Shown: piece after piece, positions 49,603-62,132 of the stretch
Layout: each line of letters opens with the position of its first letter
How positions within the stretch are numbered: the stretch's first letter is position 1
Made by a program: the position numbers and the translations under genes
The notes under the pieces: generated by a model
Database searches by the model: none
What the model saw: the letters and a program-made list of their open reading frames with translations, nothing else
What the model was told of the DNA's origin: nothing
Assembly: GCA_977862235.1 (NCBI GenBank)
Contig: OZ374560.1
Coordinates: 2,666,001-2,730,000 of the forward strand
DNA length: 64,000 nt
Reading direction: 5' to 3'
From: Dudresnaya verticillata
Taxonomy: Eukaryota

Positions 49603-50366
49603 TGTAGTATGTCTAGAGCACCACCGCGTACGGCAGCCCAACGAGACCCCAAGAAGACCACAAAGACCTGTCGGATTTGACCAAAACTGGCCAGAACGTA
49701 GAACGGACCTGCGCGCCGGTAGCAAGCGTGGTAGAGCGGGAGCGCGCAGACGAAGTCGTGACCAGTATCCGTGATGAGGACGGAAAATGGCCAAGTCGGG
49801 GGTTCAGTTGCTAACTTTACTCCCAACCTCTGGCGGGACGGCTTCGTACCTTTTTCGGCTTAGCCGTAGTGTGTGGCCAGCTAAGTAGGCCCAAAATTGG
49901 CCATCAGAGCTAATCTAGAGCTATTCTACAGTTAGTGGCCGAGGTTACTCCGGTCGGCCATAATATCTACTTGTGTTCCGGCGTCGGGCCAATGTTGTAC
50001 CCTTACCAGACTAAACCAAGTATTTGTTCGTTAGTGGTTGGCCAAATGAGTTAGATTTTCCCTTGATTTTTCCACTGTCTTCCCTTTGATTCACCTTGCG
50101 GCCAAATCCAATTTCCATTTGTGTCCTGGCCGAGAACCGGATCATACGTGTACAGCGGGCCACGTGGTGCGCTTCAGTGTCGTAGGTGGCCACGTGTGAG
50201 CCACGTGTACAGTCGGTGGCCACGTATCATACTTGCGCGCGCTCACCGCCGTCCGCGCGCCGACGGCGCAACTTCATTGGCCAAGTGTCTTCGTTTGGTT
50301 GGGCCGATCGTACAGTTGGCCCGTCGATTTGCTTCCTTTCGGCGGCCCCCTTGCCGTTGCACCACA
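49603..50366 (-). repeat. F 3' LTR
   Basis: Repeat of 62152-62915. Confidence 0.97.
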
Positions 50367-50608
50367 GAGCCCCCTTCGCAAGCGCGGACTCCTGGCCGCG
50401 AGGGTTTCATCTGGCCATATCAGCGCGCGTGATCCGCGCCGCTACCCCTCTCCCTACATCCGGCCATCACCATCTTGCTCACGCTTCACTTCCCCTTACC
50501 AACACTTCCCAACACATCGTGCGCACGCCCGCGCTTCTTGCCAACTTGTGCGCCCTTCCCTCGCTTCGGCCTCCACGTGCGCATCCGGCCAGTCGCTCTT
50601 GATGGCGG

Positions 50609-53600
50609 GTGGCCAAAGCGCGCCCGCGTCGCACAGCATCGGCTAAGAAGAAGACTGTTCGGCCGACCATTTCTTCCAGCTCGTCATCTACACCGCCGTC
50701 GAGCGACGAGGAAGTGGCTGTGGCCAGAGCGAAAGCGACCACGAAGAAGACTGGCCAGACGTCAAGGCCGCGCGCGATGAAGGCGCCTTGGGCATCTTCC
50801 GCCCCAGCACCCAAGACCCCAAGTGGCAAGCCCTTCGATCCGCTAGTTGCTGTAGCCACTACCACAGCGGCGAAGCCCATCAAGACTGGCCAGAAGAAGA
50901 GTGTTGCTGCCTCCGCTACTCCGGTCATGGCGCAAGCGATGCCCGACGTTGGCACCGACAAGATAATGCAGGAGATAGCGGCCATGCAGAAGAGGCGCGA
51001 AGCTGAGGAGCAACAATTGGCCAGTCTGAAGAAGAAACTTGCGGATGCGCAGAAGGCCAAGGTGGTGCGCAGTGTGACCATCGTCGCATCATCTTCATCA
51101 GAGGAGGCAGCGGCGGCAACAGGCCAACTTAAAAGAGGTAAGCCGACAGCGTCTTCTAACGTCGGTCCGCTAGCCAAGGAGACGAAGCAAACTGGCCAAA
51201 AGACAGCAGAAGCGCCTGAGAAAGGGTTGGTACAGGCCGAAGTGAAGCGTCTCGAGGCGAAGAAGTCAATGCCGGCCCCAAACACTTCGGTGCCAACGGC
51301 CATTAATCCGACGCCACCGCCGCTGGCCAGCGCTGTTGAGAAGGCTGTTATTGCCATCTCTCGTCCCCTGGTGGCTCAAGCTACCACTGCAGCAGCTGAA
51401 GAAGTAGCTGCGGCTCAACCCGAGGTTGCCGATTCGGCCATGGTATTCGTGCCCGCTCGAGAAGAACCACTGACCAGCAAGCAGGAGTTACCTGAAAAAG
51501 TTGAGAAGGTTGGGCCAGAGCAGAAGAAAGGAGACAAGTTGGGGCAGAAGGCTGCAGAAGCTTTGGCCAATATTCCTGTGCCACGCAAGTCGTCGCGTTC
51601 GGCCACTCCGAGCGCTTCAAGGAAATCCACGCCGCGACTACGTTCGGTGCCTTCGCCTTTCATGCCGACGGCTGCGAGTCGTGCGCGCGAGCTGGTCAAG
51701 TTAAACATCGGCAAGCCCGCTGTTCAGGGTCCTCCCACAAAGAAGCAGCGGCTGCCGCCTAAGGAAGTTGACCAGACACCTCGCGACTAAGTTATCGACG
51801 TCGATGCTTCTACACCAATCCCACCGGCCAATCTTATGTCAGACGGCGATCGTCGTCGCTTTGTGGCCTTGCTCCCCGACGCCGATGAGCTTAAAACTGG
51901 CCATTCTTCGTCTACGCCTTCTGTAGGCGTGCAGCCCAAGTCATCTGGCCAGGTTGAAGATCCTCGCGCTATGGAAGTTACTCCGCGTGAAGAGACCTTA
52001 GATATTACCAAGACTGGCCAGAGTTCAAGTGCTGGCCCCTCTGCTCCTACTCATCCGGATCAGGAGCCGGCTTCGCATAATCGTGCTGCCGTGCCTTTCC
52101 GCTGCGACATTCCGCCGGGACTAGAAGATCATGATGGCCCCGAATTAGTTTTGGATGAGCGATTGCCTGGGACTTCCATCTGGCCAACGCGTCCTCGAGT
52201 GGATATTCCTTATGCCGAGTTGGTGGCCAATAGTGACAAGCTGGACATGATCCGCGTGCGAGAAAGCAATTGCCCTCTCAACGAGGCGTGGCATCAATAT
52301 CGCAAATCGCATGACAATGGCCATCTCTACTGGATCCCTTCGAAGATTGAGTGCGACCGTGCCTTCTTGCTGTGCGCGCAAGTCGTGATGTTCGTCCACG
52401 GGGCTTGGCTGATGTTCAAGGGCAAGTCTAATGTGTACCCTCATACGTCCACATGGTATTACGCCTTCCCTTACGCGTGGATGCTTGAGCGCTGGGAGCA
52501 GACGACCGTGCGAAACGCGAAAATGGCCAGTACAGACCTTCGTCGCATCATAGCGCCGGGAGATTGGCTGGCCCATCGCACGGGTGGTAGCTATGTCTAC
52601 CACGGCAGCACTCGTGGCCAAGAAGGTTTTTGGCCCCCTTTCGAATACTTCCCTAGCGTTCCCGCTTTTCTCTGGAGGGAGTGGCCATCGAAAGGAGAAG
52701 CTAGTCTACTTAGCCCGCTGGCTTATTATTTTGTTGGCCAGTATCGTCGTCGTGCGCTCGACCCCACCTGGGTTGAGTGCTTCCAAGAAACCGCTGTCAT
52801 AGAGTTGCACATAATGGCCAGCATCTTCTTCCGCTATGAAGCACAGGCGTCGAAGAGAATGTGGTGGATGTCTTCTCAGGCCATTGCTCGACGAGTGGAA
52901 GTGGTGAAAGATCTTACCTACCTCCCCGTCAGCCAGGAGCATCAGCATCAGTTCAATCATGTATATTGGCCAGATGTTGTGTCGCTGTATGAGAAGTTGG
53001 CCGACACCGTGCGGCACCGGGACCATTTGTTTCAACGCAGGGCTGGCCATGATGAGAAGTATTGCGGTTTCGACTGGAACAAACAAGTGACCTTTCGGCA
53101 TGGCAGTAGCTTTGGAGTTGAAGTGGCCAACGACGCTTCCATCGTGCGGGCCAGCATCTTGCATCCTCATCCGCATGTGGTGGCCGAACTTTCTGTGCGT
53201 GGCCATGTTAACCAAATGTCTTTCGCCAACGTCTTGCGGCAGCTGGACCAGAGCTTTGGCCGCCTCAGCGATACAAAGCGTGGCCAGACCGATGAACTCA
53301 ACCGCGTTCGTCGTCATGTTGATGAAATGGAAGAGGTAATCAGGCGGGGTGAAGAGCGGTTGGCCAATATTAGAAGGCAGAAGGACCAAGTCGAGGCCGA
53401 ATTGCAGGCCACAAAGGAGACGTTGGCCAGATCTAACGAGCAGGGTCTTGAGTGGAAGAGGCAGCGCGATCGCTGGTGCGATGAGACGCACAATCAACAG
53501 GCCTTACTTGACATGGAGCGCAATCGTGGATTTCATCAGCTGGCCAGTTTGCGCGCAGCTTATGCGCCCTCCGTCTTTGGCCAGATGCCTCAGTTTCCTC

Positions 53601-53980
53601 TGTCTTCCTTGCCTACGCCTGCGCCGGGTATGCCGCAATATCCTGGGGTCTCAGTGGCACCGGCCACAACCCCCACGCCATCTCACGCTGGGGACATCAG
53701 CAGTCATCCACGTGCGCCGTCTCGACCGGCCGATTATCAACCAGAGCCAACTCGTCCGACTTTGTCGGCTCCGCCGACTCCTGTGGCCAATGTTGCTCAG
53801 CCTGGCCAGGTCCCTGGAAGCTTATCTCTGCCGGCCACTTCGCCTTTTGTGACGCCGCCAACCGTCCCTGCGACGGCCCCTCGTGTCCCCGCGACAGCGC
53901 CTCGTGCGCCTTCGCAGTCAAGGAGCAGAGAGCCCTATGCTTCGGGTTCTCCTCGCTCACCAAGTCCTTATGGCCGTTAG
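50609..53980 (+). CDS. F antisense accessory protein (about 1120 aa with one in-frame TAA at 51788-51790)
   Basis: ORFs 50609-51790 and 51836-53980 share a frame and are separated only by one stop (RD*VIDVDAS). Basic Ala/Lys arm, Trp/Tyr-rich core, coiled coil, Pro-rich tail. Confidence 0.8.
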
Positions 53981-54894
53981 TTGTCAAGGTGTTGGATTAG
54001 TAGTTGGCCAGCTCGTCTTGTGCTCTTATGCTGGCCAATGAGTTGTTGTTAGTCTTGTGATTTCCTGTGTCTTGTGTTTGCGTTATCAAAAGTTGGTGAC
54101 CAGGTTAGTGCTTCTAAGGCGGGACAGCCCCCTTGTCTTTGGGGGTTAAGTCTGTCCGGCCAGTCTTGAGTTAAAGTGCACTGGTTGCCTTCAAAAATGT
54201 TGTGTGTTATCGTGGCCAGTTACTAGTCAAATGGGGCCGTATGGCCTTTGTTAGTCCGGGTAGTAGACCTTGCTTCTGGCCAATGCTCATGAGCACAGCT
54301 GGAAAAAACGGGGTTAAGGGAGTTAGTGGTTAAGTCAAAACACAAAAATGGCCAGTGCGAGTGGTGGGGTGAAGTGGTCTTGATGCGGGGCTACCTCCCT
54401 CAAGGCGCCGAAGGAAGAGCAATGGCCAGCTATTGTCTTCGTCTCATCAGCCTCAAGCTCCTCATTTGGCCATGTCTTCTTCTCTGGGCCAATTTCCTTC
54501 TTGTTGTCGGTAGGGGGTTATCGTCACTCCCCCTGTCCTCTCATTCTGCGCAAACCCCCGCTTGGGAGCACGACGCGTGGGAATTAGAGTTACCTGGAAA
54601 AGGCAGCAAAAGATGAGGTAGTTTCTACCGTCCATTTACACCCACTGAATTTTGGCGTACACCGGGAGATTTGCTGGCCGCAACTTTCTCACACATGATT
54701 GGCCAGCTTACATTATTCTGGGTTAACCCTAAACACCACCGTCGTGTTTTTGGCGGCGAGGTTCCAGCCGGGGTATTTCGTCACCCAGCATCTCCCTCCT
54801 CCGTCCACAACCACCCCGCATCTCCGTCTTCACAAGTTTTTGGCCAGACTCTGACTCCTCTCGCTTGACTTCCCTGGCCATGTCGAAGTTGACC

Positions 54895-57800
54895 TCACGA
54901 ATTGTTTTGGCCCGGCGTAGCTCGGCGCTTCATGCGCGCGAAGAAGCGCGACACCAACGTGGCTGGCAGAAGAACCTCGGGTTCCCATGTTCGGCCATTA
55001 TACCCATACCACTTGACCTGAAACCACCGTTGGCCAGTCGAATCCTCGCGCATATCCGTGAGCTTGTCAATGACATATTCCTCGGCCGACGCAGCAACTC
55101 CTTCAGGAAGGTTTCCCAATGCGGCACTGGCCAATGTTTCCGTAGCCATCGGTTGCCCCTGTGGCCTGGGTGCGGCTACTACTCGGTCCGAGCTAACACG
55201 CTCCAGTTGGCCAGCTCTGTCGATGACGAACGTACGGCCATCATTGCTTATAATTTTGTATGGCCCCTGGGCATGATGCTCTAGTTTTTTTGGCTGCTTT
55301 TCTGGGTTGTCCAGAAAGACAAACCCTCCAGCGGCCAGTATCTTATTCCCCGTTCTAACCGAGCGGTCGAAGTCCTTCTTGTAGCGCGCTTGTGTGCGAG
55401 TTAAACTGGCCGAAGCTTTATCCACGGCCTCTGATAATCGGCGCAAGAACGCTTCCTTCACAGTCCCTGTTGGCTTTGGCCGGTTTAACGTAGCTTCGAG
55501 TGAGAAGGGACTCGGCGGCCGACTGAGAACCAAGTCAAACGGCGTGGTTCCAGTGGAGCGATGTATATGGCAATTATAAGCATACGTCAATGCCGCAGCG
55601 TATTCATCCCAGTCAGTCTGGTGCTCATTCACGTAGCTCCTCAGCATCGCGGCCAGTGTTCGATTGTACCTTTCTACCTGGCCATTTGTTTGTGGATGAT
55701 ATGTCGTTGTGAAGATGTTGGCCACCTGTAATTGTCGGCAGACTGCCTGGAAGAACTTGGCCGCAAACTGCCCACCGTTGTCAGTAAGAACTGTCTTTGG
55801 TGCACCGTACTTGAAAATCCAGTGAACGCAAAACGCCGTGGCCACATTATAGGCGGTTATCTTCGTCAGAGGCACCACCTGAGTCAACTTCGAGAAGCGG
55901 CATGTAATGACTAATATGTGCTCGAACCCCTTCTTAGTTTTGGGGAGGGGCCCGAGAAGATCCATGGCCACACTCTCTAATGGTTGACTGGCCGGGAAAA
56001 GCTGTAACTTCGATGTATGTCGGAGACGACGAATCCGGTTTTTGGCGCAATGGCCACAGTTCCGAACCGTAGCTAGACAGTCAGCGGCCATGTGCGGCCA
56101 ATAGTATGTCCGTCGAAGGGTCTGATACATTCGATTCTGGCCAGGGTGACCTGCCAGAACGGCATGATGGCACAACCGAAGAATCCGGCCATGCAACGAA
56201 GCTGGAAGCACTATTTGTTTTCGGCCATCTGTCGGACAACGTCTGTAGAGGACCCCATCAACCCCTTCGAAGAAGAGAGGTTTCTTGGGTCGTCCCAGGC
56301 CAGCTCGCGTGGCGAGAATGGTCTGGCAGAAGTCATCGTTTTTCTGGCCCTCTATTATTTCAGTCTGTGTTACTGGTGTTGGGAGAGTCTCTGCTGTCTT
56401 CCCTTCCATTTGTGCACGACTGAAAACTTCCGCTCGGCCATAGTCCGTATAATCGGCCATCAAATGTTCCTCCTCCCAGGCGTCGACATCATCGTCCCGT
56501 TCTCTCCTGTCGGCCATATTAGTTTCTCGATTTCTCCGGGCCCGCGTGGTCGTGAGAATAGAGGGGGTACCGTCCAATACAGGTACAGTATCATCTATTG
56601 GCCGTGCATCTCCGCTCTCTTGCGGGGCGACCAAGCGGGACAAGGCATCGGGGACTTGGTTCTTACGGCCCGGTTTATACTCAATCACAAAGTCGAACTC
56701 GGCCAGACGTAATCTCCATCTTGTAAGACGGCCAGACGAATCAGTGAGCGACATCAACCAACGGAGGGCATCATGGTCCGTACGGACTGTGAACTTGGTA
56801 CCTTCAACATATGGCCATAATGATGTAATTGTCCACACCACTGACAAACACTCGCGCTCAGTGGCCGAATAGTTTTTCTCGGCCGACGTAAGGGAACGAG
56901 ACCAATATCCCACGGGGTGGTACGTCTCGTCCTCTTGTTCTTGGAGCAAGACGCATCCAATCTGGTATGCGCTGGCATCAGTCTCGATCACATATGGCCG
57001 GCCGTATCTAGGTAAGGCCAGAATCGGCGGCGAGACGAGAGCAGCCTTCAGTTTCTCGAAGCTCTGACGTTGTTCCTCTGTTGGCCGTTCGAAGTCTGGC
57101 TCGGCATCCTTGCACAACATGCGCGTAAGTGGCCGTGCGATACTGGAATATTTGGCCACAAATCTTCGGTAGACATTGCAAGCTCCCAAGAAGGACCGAA
57201 GTTCTGTAAGGGATCCTGGAAACTCGGCTTCTTGTATTGCCTTGGTACCCTGCATGGCCATACTTAGTTTTCCGGGGGTCACTACATGACCCAGATAATC
57301 TACTTTGGCCTGAAAGAAAGAACACTTCTTCAACTTCAACGTAATGCCGGCCGCCTTCAACAAGGTTAAGACCTCGTCTAGATGGCCAAGATGATCCTCC
57401 ACATTCTTGGAGAACACGATGACATCGTCCAGATAGATGAGGCAGATCTGCCATCGGACACCAGAGAGAACTATGTCAAGCGCGCGCTGAAATGTGGCCG
57501 GTGCGTTCTTCAAGCCAAATGGCATTCGATTGTACCTGAATGTTCCCAAGTGAGAGGTGAAGGCCGTCTTATCCTTGTCCTCCTCGGCCACTGGTATTTG
57601 CCAATATCCGGAGTTACAGTCCAAGGTTGAAAACACGGCCGCATCCCCAAGGGAGTCTATGCAATCGTCCATGCGCGGGAGCGGGTATGCGTCACCAACT
57701 GTCTTCGCATTGAGTCGGCGATAGTCGACACAGAAGCGGAGGGTGCCATCCTTCTTCGGCACCATGACAATTGGCGAGGCCCATTCTACGTGCGATGGCT

Positions 57801-59314
57801 CTATAACTCCGGCCTCCAACTGCTTCTTAATATCGGCCTCTGCGATCGCGCGTAACGCTGGACCCTGTCGATAGGGCATCGCTCTTATTGGCCGGGTTCC
57901 ATCTTCCAAGTCTATCCGATGTTCGGTGGCCATGATCTGTCCCAAGGAACCGTCCCACATTGCACTGTGTTTCTCTAGGATGGCCATTATCTTTTCGCGT
58001 TGTTTCTTGTCCGGAATATGATCAAGTTTGATCTTATCCCGACATTCTTGTGCCTATTGTCTAGGTACCTTTGGTTCCGAAGGCTCACCTCTTTCTTGGC
58101 CAGATTCTTCTACTTCTACTTGACTACTATCCTGATCCACATGTGGAGTAAGCCCAAGTACACTGGCCATATTCTCCACACTCCGTCCGTGTGGCGTCAG
58201 GATTGCCATGGGGTGGCGGACGGCATAGCCGACCACGGTACCCTTTGGCAGTAAGACATCCCTTCTTCCCCAGTTGGCCAGCATTACCTGGAATGGTTTC
58301 TGCGGCCGAACCTCGGCAACTCCATTGGCCATCCGCGCATGGTGTCGAAAGCTCAAAGAATGTTTGGGAATGTTTGGGTTCCAACACACATAACCCTCGG
58401 CCATCACTGCGAACAGACACGGTGGCTTGTTGACCAGCCCGTATGGTCAGACCTTTCGTCAAGCGTACAGTGGCCGCGTAGTGTCGCTGTGTCTTGCGCT
58501 CCGTACTGGCCGGATTGGAATTACCCGGAGGCGGGGCTCCCTTCGCAGCGGTTGGCTCTGCCCCCAGAGCCATCGAAGTGCTGTCGGGTAACAAAGGAAG
58601 GACGTCACCGCGCACTAGGTGCACGGTCTGTCCAAGGCACTGAATGGTATCCACGTGCATGTTCAGAAACGCCGTACCCAACAAAACGGGTACGGCAAAG
58701 CGAAGGTCGGCGATAAGGAACGGCACTCGATATGAGTGACGTCCTAAGCGCACGACCAAGGAAACGGCCCCTCTAAAATGAATCGGCCGTTGGTTGGCGT
58801 CCCCCAGAAGAGGAGGTGATGTCAACGTAAGTGCGTTGTCCTTCCAATTGGGAGGCAACGCATCCAACCGGATGATGTTCCAACTCGAGCACGTGTCTAA
58901 GACAATTGGCCCGGGTAACAAGGCGGACAGAGTGAGTCCGAATGAACCCGAAGGGGTATAGTTGGCCCCACCCAGGATGCAGACCATACCTTGTGATGAA
59001 ACACTGGCCAGTTGGGATTCTTCTTTCTGTTCGTCGTTCGATGATTTGCAGCCACTCTTTGGCAAAGAACCCCCATTGTTTGTGGGGGTGGATGATGATG
59101 TAGTATGGCCAGACCTCCAGGGCGGTGACCACACTAGACCGTTTGATGAAAATGGGCAGTGGTAGGTCAAATCATGGGTTGACCAAGCCTGGATTGGCGT
59201 TGCCATACGCCATGCAATGGCTAACAAAGAAGAAAAATGGAGATGACTAAAAGGAAATAACTTAACTGAAACGAGACTAGCCGGTTTTGGGACGTGTACG
59301 GGCAACGGGATCAC
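54895..59314 (-). pseudogene. pol: F pol: PR-RT-RNaseH-integrase-chromodomain (disrupted between PR and RT)
   Basis: ORF 58127-59314 (LDTCSSWN, VLLGTAFL), ORF 58054-58407, and an intact 1030-aa ORF 54895-57987 (YLDD, TDAS, HHCC, GPY, EYVIDK..VKWYGY..TWEP). Confidence 0.95.
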
Positions 59315-59334
59315 GACCGAAGATCTCGGCCCGG

Positions 59335-61674
59335 CTAGTTTCCCGATGCCAACGAAGAATTATCGGACTCCATATCGGCCACCACTTCATCCAATGGATG
59401 TTCTTGCGTAGTGACTAACGTGGCCTGCCGATTCCCACGGTTCGAAGATGATTGTTGTGGCCGTCGGAGTATTCCCTGAGGGGGAGGGCGTCCCCTTCCA
59501 TCCCCAAAGGAGACATTCCTTTGGTCGGGGCGGTAGCCTCGACCACCTCGGCCAGCAAACTGTTCGGGGTGCCATCTAGCGAATTCATCTCGGAAGCGGA
59601 AGTTACGTATGGCAAACAAGTTCCTGATGGCCAGTGGTAAGTACACACAAGTGTACAAATCATGGCCCCATTCGCGACAACCCCAACAACGGGCACTGGT
59701 TTTGTCACTGCGTAGCATAATAGCGACTTTGGCCAGCTCATCCGACGTTAACGTCGGAGGTTTCCGGAGTGGGTCCGGGGTATTACCCCCGGACACCGAC
59801 CCTGCAGGTGACGGCGTGGTCGGCGTGATCGTCGGTGTTTGCTGAGCACCATTCTGGCCAGGGGTAATGGCCATAACCGGTATGGTGTCAAACGGATCAT
59901 CATAGTTGGCCGCTATATCCTCGGGCTCCGCCTGCCAAGCAGGTTCGGCCGCAAGGGTAGGGATGACCAACGCACTTCGAGAACTGGCCGAACTTGTTTT
60001 GGGACGTGCAGAAGCCAAGTAGGCTCTGTGTGTCTCCCCTTCGTCGATGGCGATACGGCGCACCGTCGAGAAGTCCTTCTCCTCCGGCCGCATCTGCATA
60101 AGTTTCTCAGCTACGGCCGAACGAGTGGTCGAAGGTAAACCCCTCACATAATGGTTGATCAGGGTGTTCTCCGAGAAGACATCGGCGCACGACAGCGCCG
60201 CATCCCCCAACCGGTCGGCGAATTCTGCTTCTGTCTCGGTGTCTTTCTGTTTGCTTCTGGCCACTTTGTCGAACGCAGCGGCCAGAACATCTTCGGTGCA
60301 GTAGCGCTTGATGAGAGCGTGGACTAAGTGTGGCCAGCTGATTTGTGAAAATCCACTCATCGGAAAGATGGAGTGTACTGACCTTATACCACGGGACACC
60401 CGGCCAGAATAGAACCTCTTCGCATCACCGGCCGTAAAGAAGGCCAGAAGACGCAAAGCGGCCCCTTCGTGGACGTTTGTCCCGTCACAGGCATCCTTGA
60501 ACTCCTTGAGGAAGGACAGGAGCTCAATCGGACGTCGGCCATCAAATGGGTTCATCTGCGGGAACAAGTTCCGGATTTGGCGAGTCATCCGGGACAAGCG
60601 CCGCGCATCCTCCATAGTCATCGTTGGCCGAGTATCCAACAGGCGGTGGGTTCGGTAGTCCACCACCCGTCGGAAGGGTTCTTGGAGGGTCTTGAGAGGC
60701 TCTAGACCTGGTTCCATTGGCCCCATCATCGCGACAGGAAGACCTGTTTCATCCAACTGGCCAGTGTATCCCATGGAAGGTTCCCCTGCATCAACTGGCC
60801 CCGAAGGTCCAACTAAAGCAGGCCGTGGGGCGGCACCACTGTTCTGAGTGTTGCCCTCTTGCGGTGGTACCCCTTCTCCAGGAATATTTGGCCGAGCCTT
60901 GTCAGGATGCGACAAGGATGTTATCTCATCTTGCAACTTATCCAGTTGCTTCTGCACTGCTGCTACCGGTTCACCCACCTGCGGTGCCAAGACTGGTAGG
61001 TTGGCCGGTGTTATCCGAGCGGACTCGGACCTTGTCTGGCCAGGAGGAGCAGGGAGTTTCCCCTTCCCGTCGGAAGAGAAAACGGCCTTCTCAACCTTTT
61101 CCAGACGCTCATCATAACGTTCTGCTATGGCCGTAAGTGCACCGTCTAGAATGACGGAGTGTATCTCCTGGCGAAGCTGCTGGTCCCTAATCAGAGCCGT
61201 GGTGGACATCTTGACTTGCATCTCGCCAAACTGGTTCTTTACCTCTTGCTGCCACTCGGCCGTACGTCGCTTATACTGGTAGAACTCTTGCCGGCCCAAC
61301 CAAACGTCGTGTTCTGGCTGGGAATCATCATCAACTGGAGGTGGACGAAGATTGGCAGGAGCGGCCAGCGGGGTCATCGGCGGCGCTGTGGCCGCCGGTG
61401 GCGTGCGCCATGGCGAGACCGGTGGGGCTGTCCGCGGCAGTGCCTCATTACGGACGGCACCTGCTGTGGAAGCTGACCCTGCTCGTCCAACTGTCGGAGG
61501 AATGAACTGGCCAGCCGATAACGGGGCCGGAGGAGCTGGTGTTGGCCCCGATAACGGTGGATACAGGCCAGGAGCAGGGGGTGGGCCTATGGGAGCTCCC
61601 AACGTGGAGGGAGGCGGAGCCGAGTCTTGTAAGGACTGCGGTTGTCCGCCTGCCTGTGAAGAAGAAGAAGACAT
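59335..61674 (-). CDS. gag: F gag (779 aa, intact)
   Basis: DYRTHRL, WPHLVHALIKRY, zinc knuckle CWGCREWGHDLYTC; ends in G GGA AAC TAG. Confidence 0.9.
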   Translation of the reverse strand: MSSSSSQAGGQPQSLQDSAPPPSTLGAPIGPPPAPGLYPPLSGPTPAPPAPLSAGQFIPPTVGRAGSASTAGAVRNEALPRTAPPVSPWRTPPAATAPPMTPLAAPANLRPPPVDDDSQPEHDVWLGRQEFYQYKRRTAEWQQEVKNQFGEMQVKMSTTALIRDQQLRQEIHSVILDGALTAIAERYDERLEKVEKAVFSSDGKGKLPAPPGQTRSESARITPANLPVLAPQVGEPVAAVQKQLDKLQDEITSLSHPDKARPNIPGEGVPPQEGNTQNSGAAPRPALVGPSGPVDAGEPSMGYTGQLDETGLPVAMMGPMEPGLEPLKTLQEPFRRVVDYRTHRLLDTRPTMTMEDARRLSRMTRQIRNLFPQMNPFDGRRPIELLSFLKEFKDACDGTNVHEGAALRLLAFFTAGDAKRFYSGRVSRGIRSVHSIFPMSGFSQISWPHLVHALIKRYCTEDVLAAAFDKVARSKQKDTETEAEFADRLGDAALSCADVFSENTLINHYVRGLPSTTRSAVAEKLMQMRPEEKDFSTVRRIAIDEGETHRAYLASARPKTSSASSRSALVIPTLAAEPAWQAEPEDIAANYDDPFDTIPVMAITPGQNGAQQTPTITPTTPSPAGSVSGGNTPDPLRKPPTLTSDELAKVAIMLRSDKTSARCWGCREWGHDLYTCVYLPLAIRNLFAIRNFRFRDEFARWHPEQFAGRGGRGYRPDQRNVSFGDGRGRPPPQGILRRPQQSSSNRGNRQATLVTTQEHPLDEVVADMESDNSSLASGN

Positions 61675-61740
61675 GACGAAGTACTTCGGAGACTGATTGG
61701 CCAGATACTTCTAGCGATTCGTGGCCACCCCGTGGCCGAC

Positions 61741-61920
61741 GTGTGCAAAGTGGCCTTCCTGGGAACCACACTGTCGTGTGCAAAACACAGGGGTGGGAAC
61801 GGACGATTCCGAGCTAATAGTCCCTATACTAAGGGCCGGACACTGCCGTGTGCAAAGCTCCCTGTGCTGGGAACGAACCAGCGAGTGTGCAAAGTGGCCA
61901 ACCTGGGAACGAACCAAGCG
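61741..61920. repeat. Four GTGTGCAAA...TGGGAAC units in the F 5' leader
   Basis: Units start at about 61741, 61776, 61848 and 61885. Confidence 0.8.
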
Positions 61921-62132
61921 ACGGGTATCTGGCCTGTGACCTAGACTGTGGCCACAGAAACGGGTTGAAGTAAACTGACAATCAGATTGCGGAACCGGGT
62001 AGTTACTAACCCGCAATCTGCAACTTGCGGGGTTTGGCCACCACAGTAGCGAGGAAGAAACTGGCCGTCGTCGACTACGGCCAGCTACTCGAGTCTTCTA
62101 ACGGAGAATTACGGCCGAAATCACAACTGATC

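Noticed and set aside
50609..53980. env gene as the identity of the extra ORFs
   Set aside because: Antisense orientation and no evident signal peptide or transmembrane anchor.
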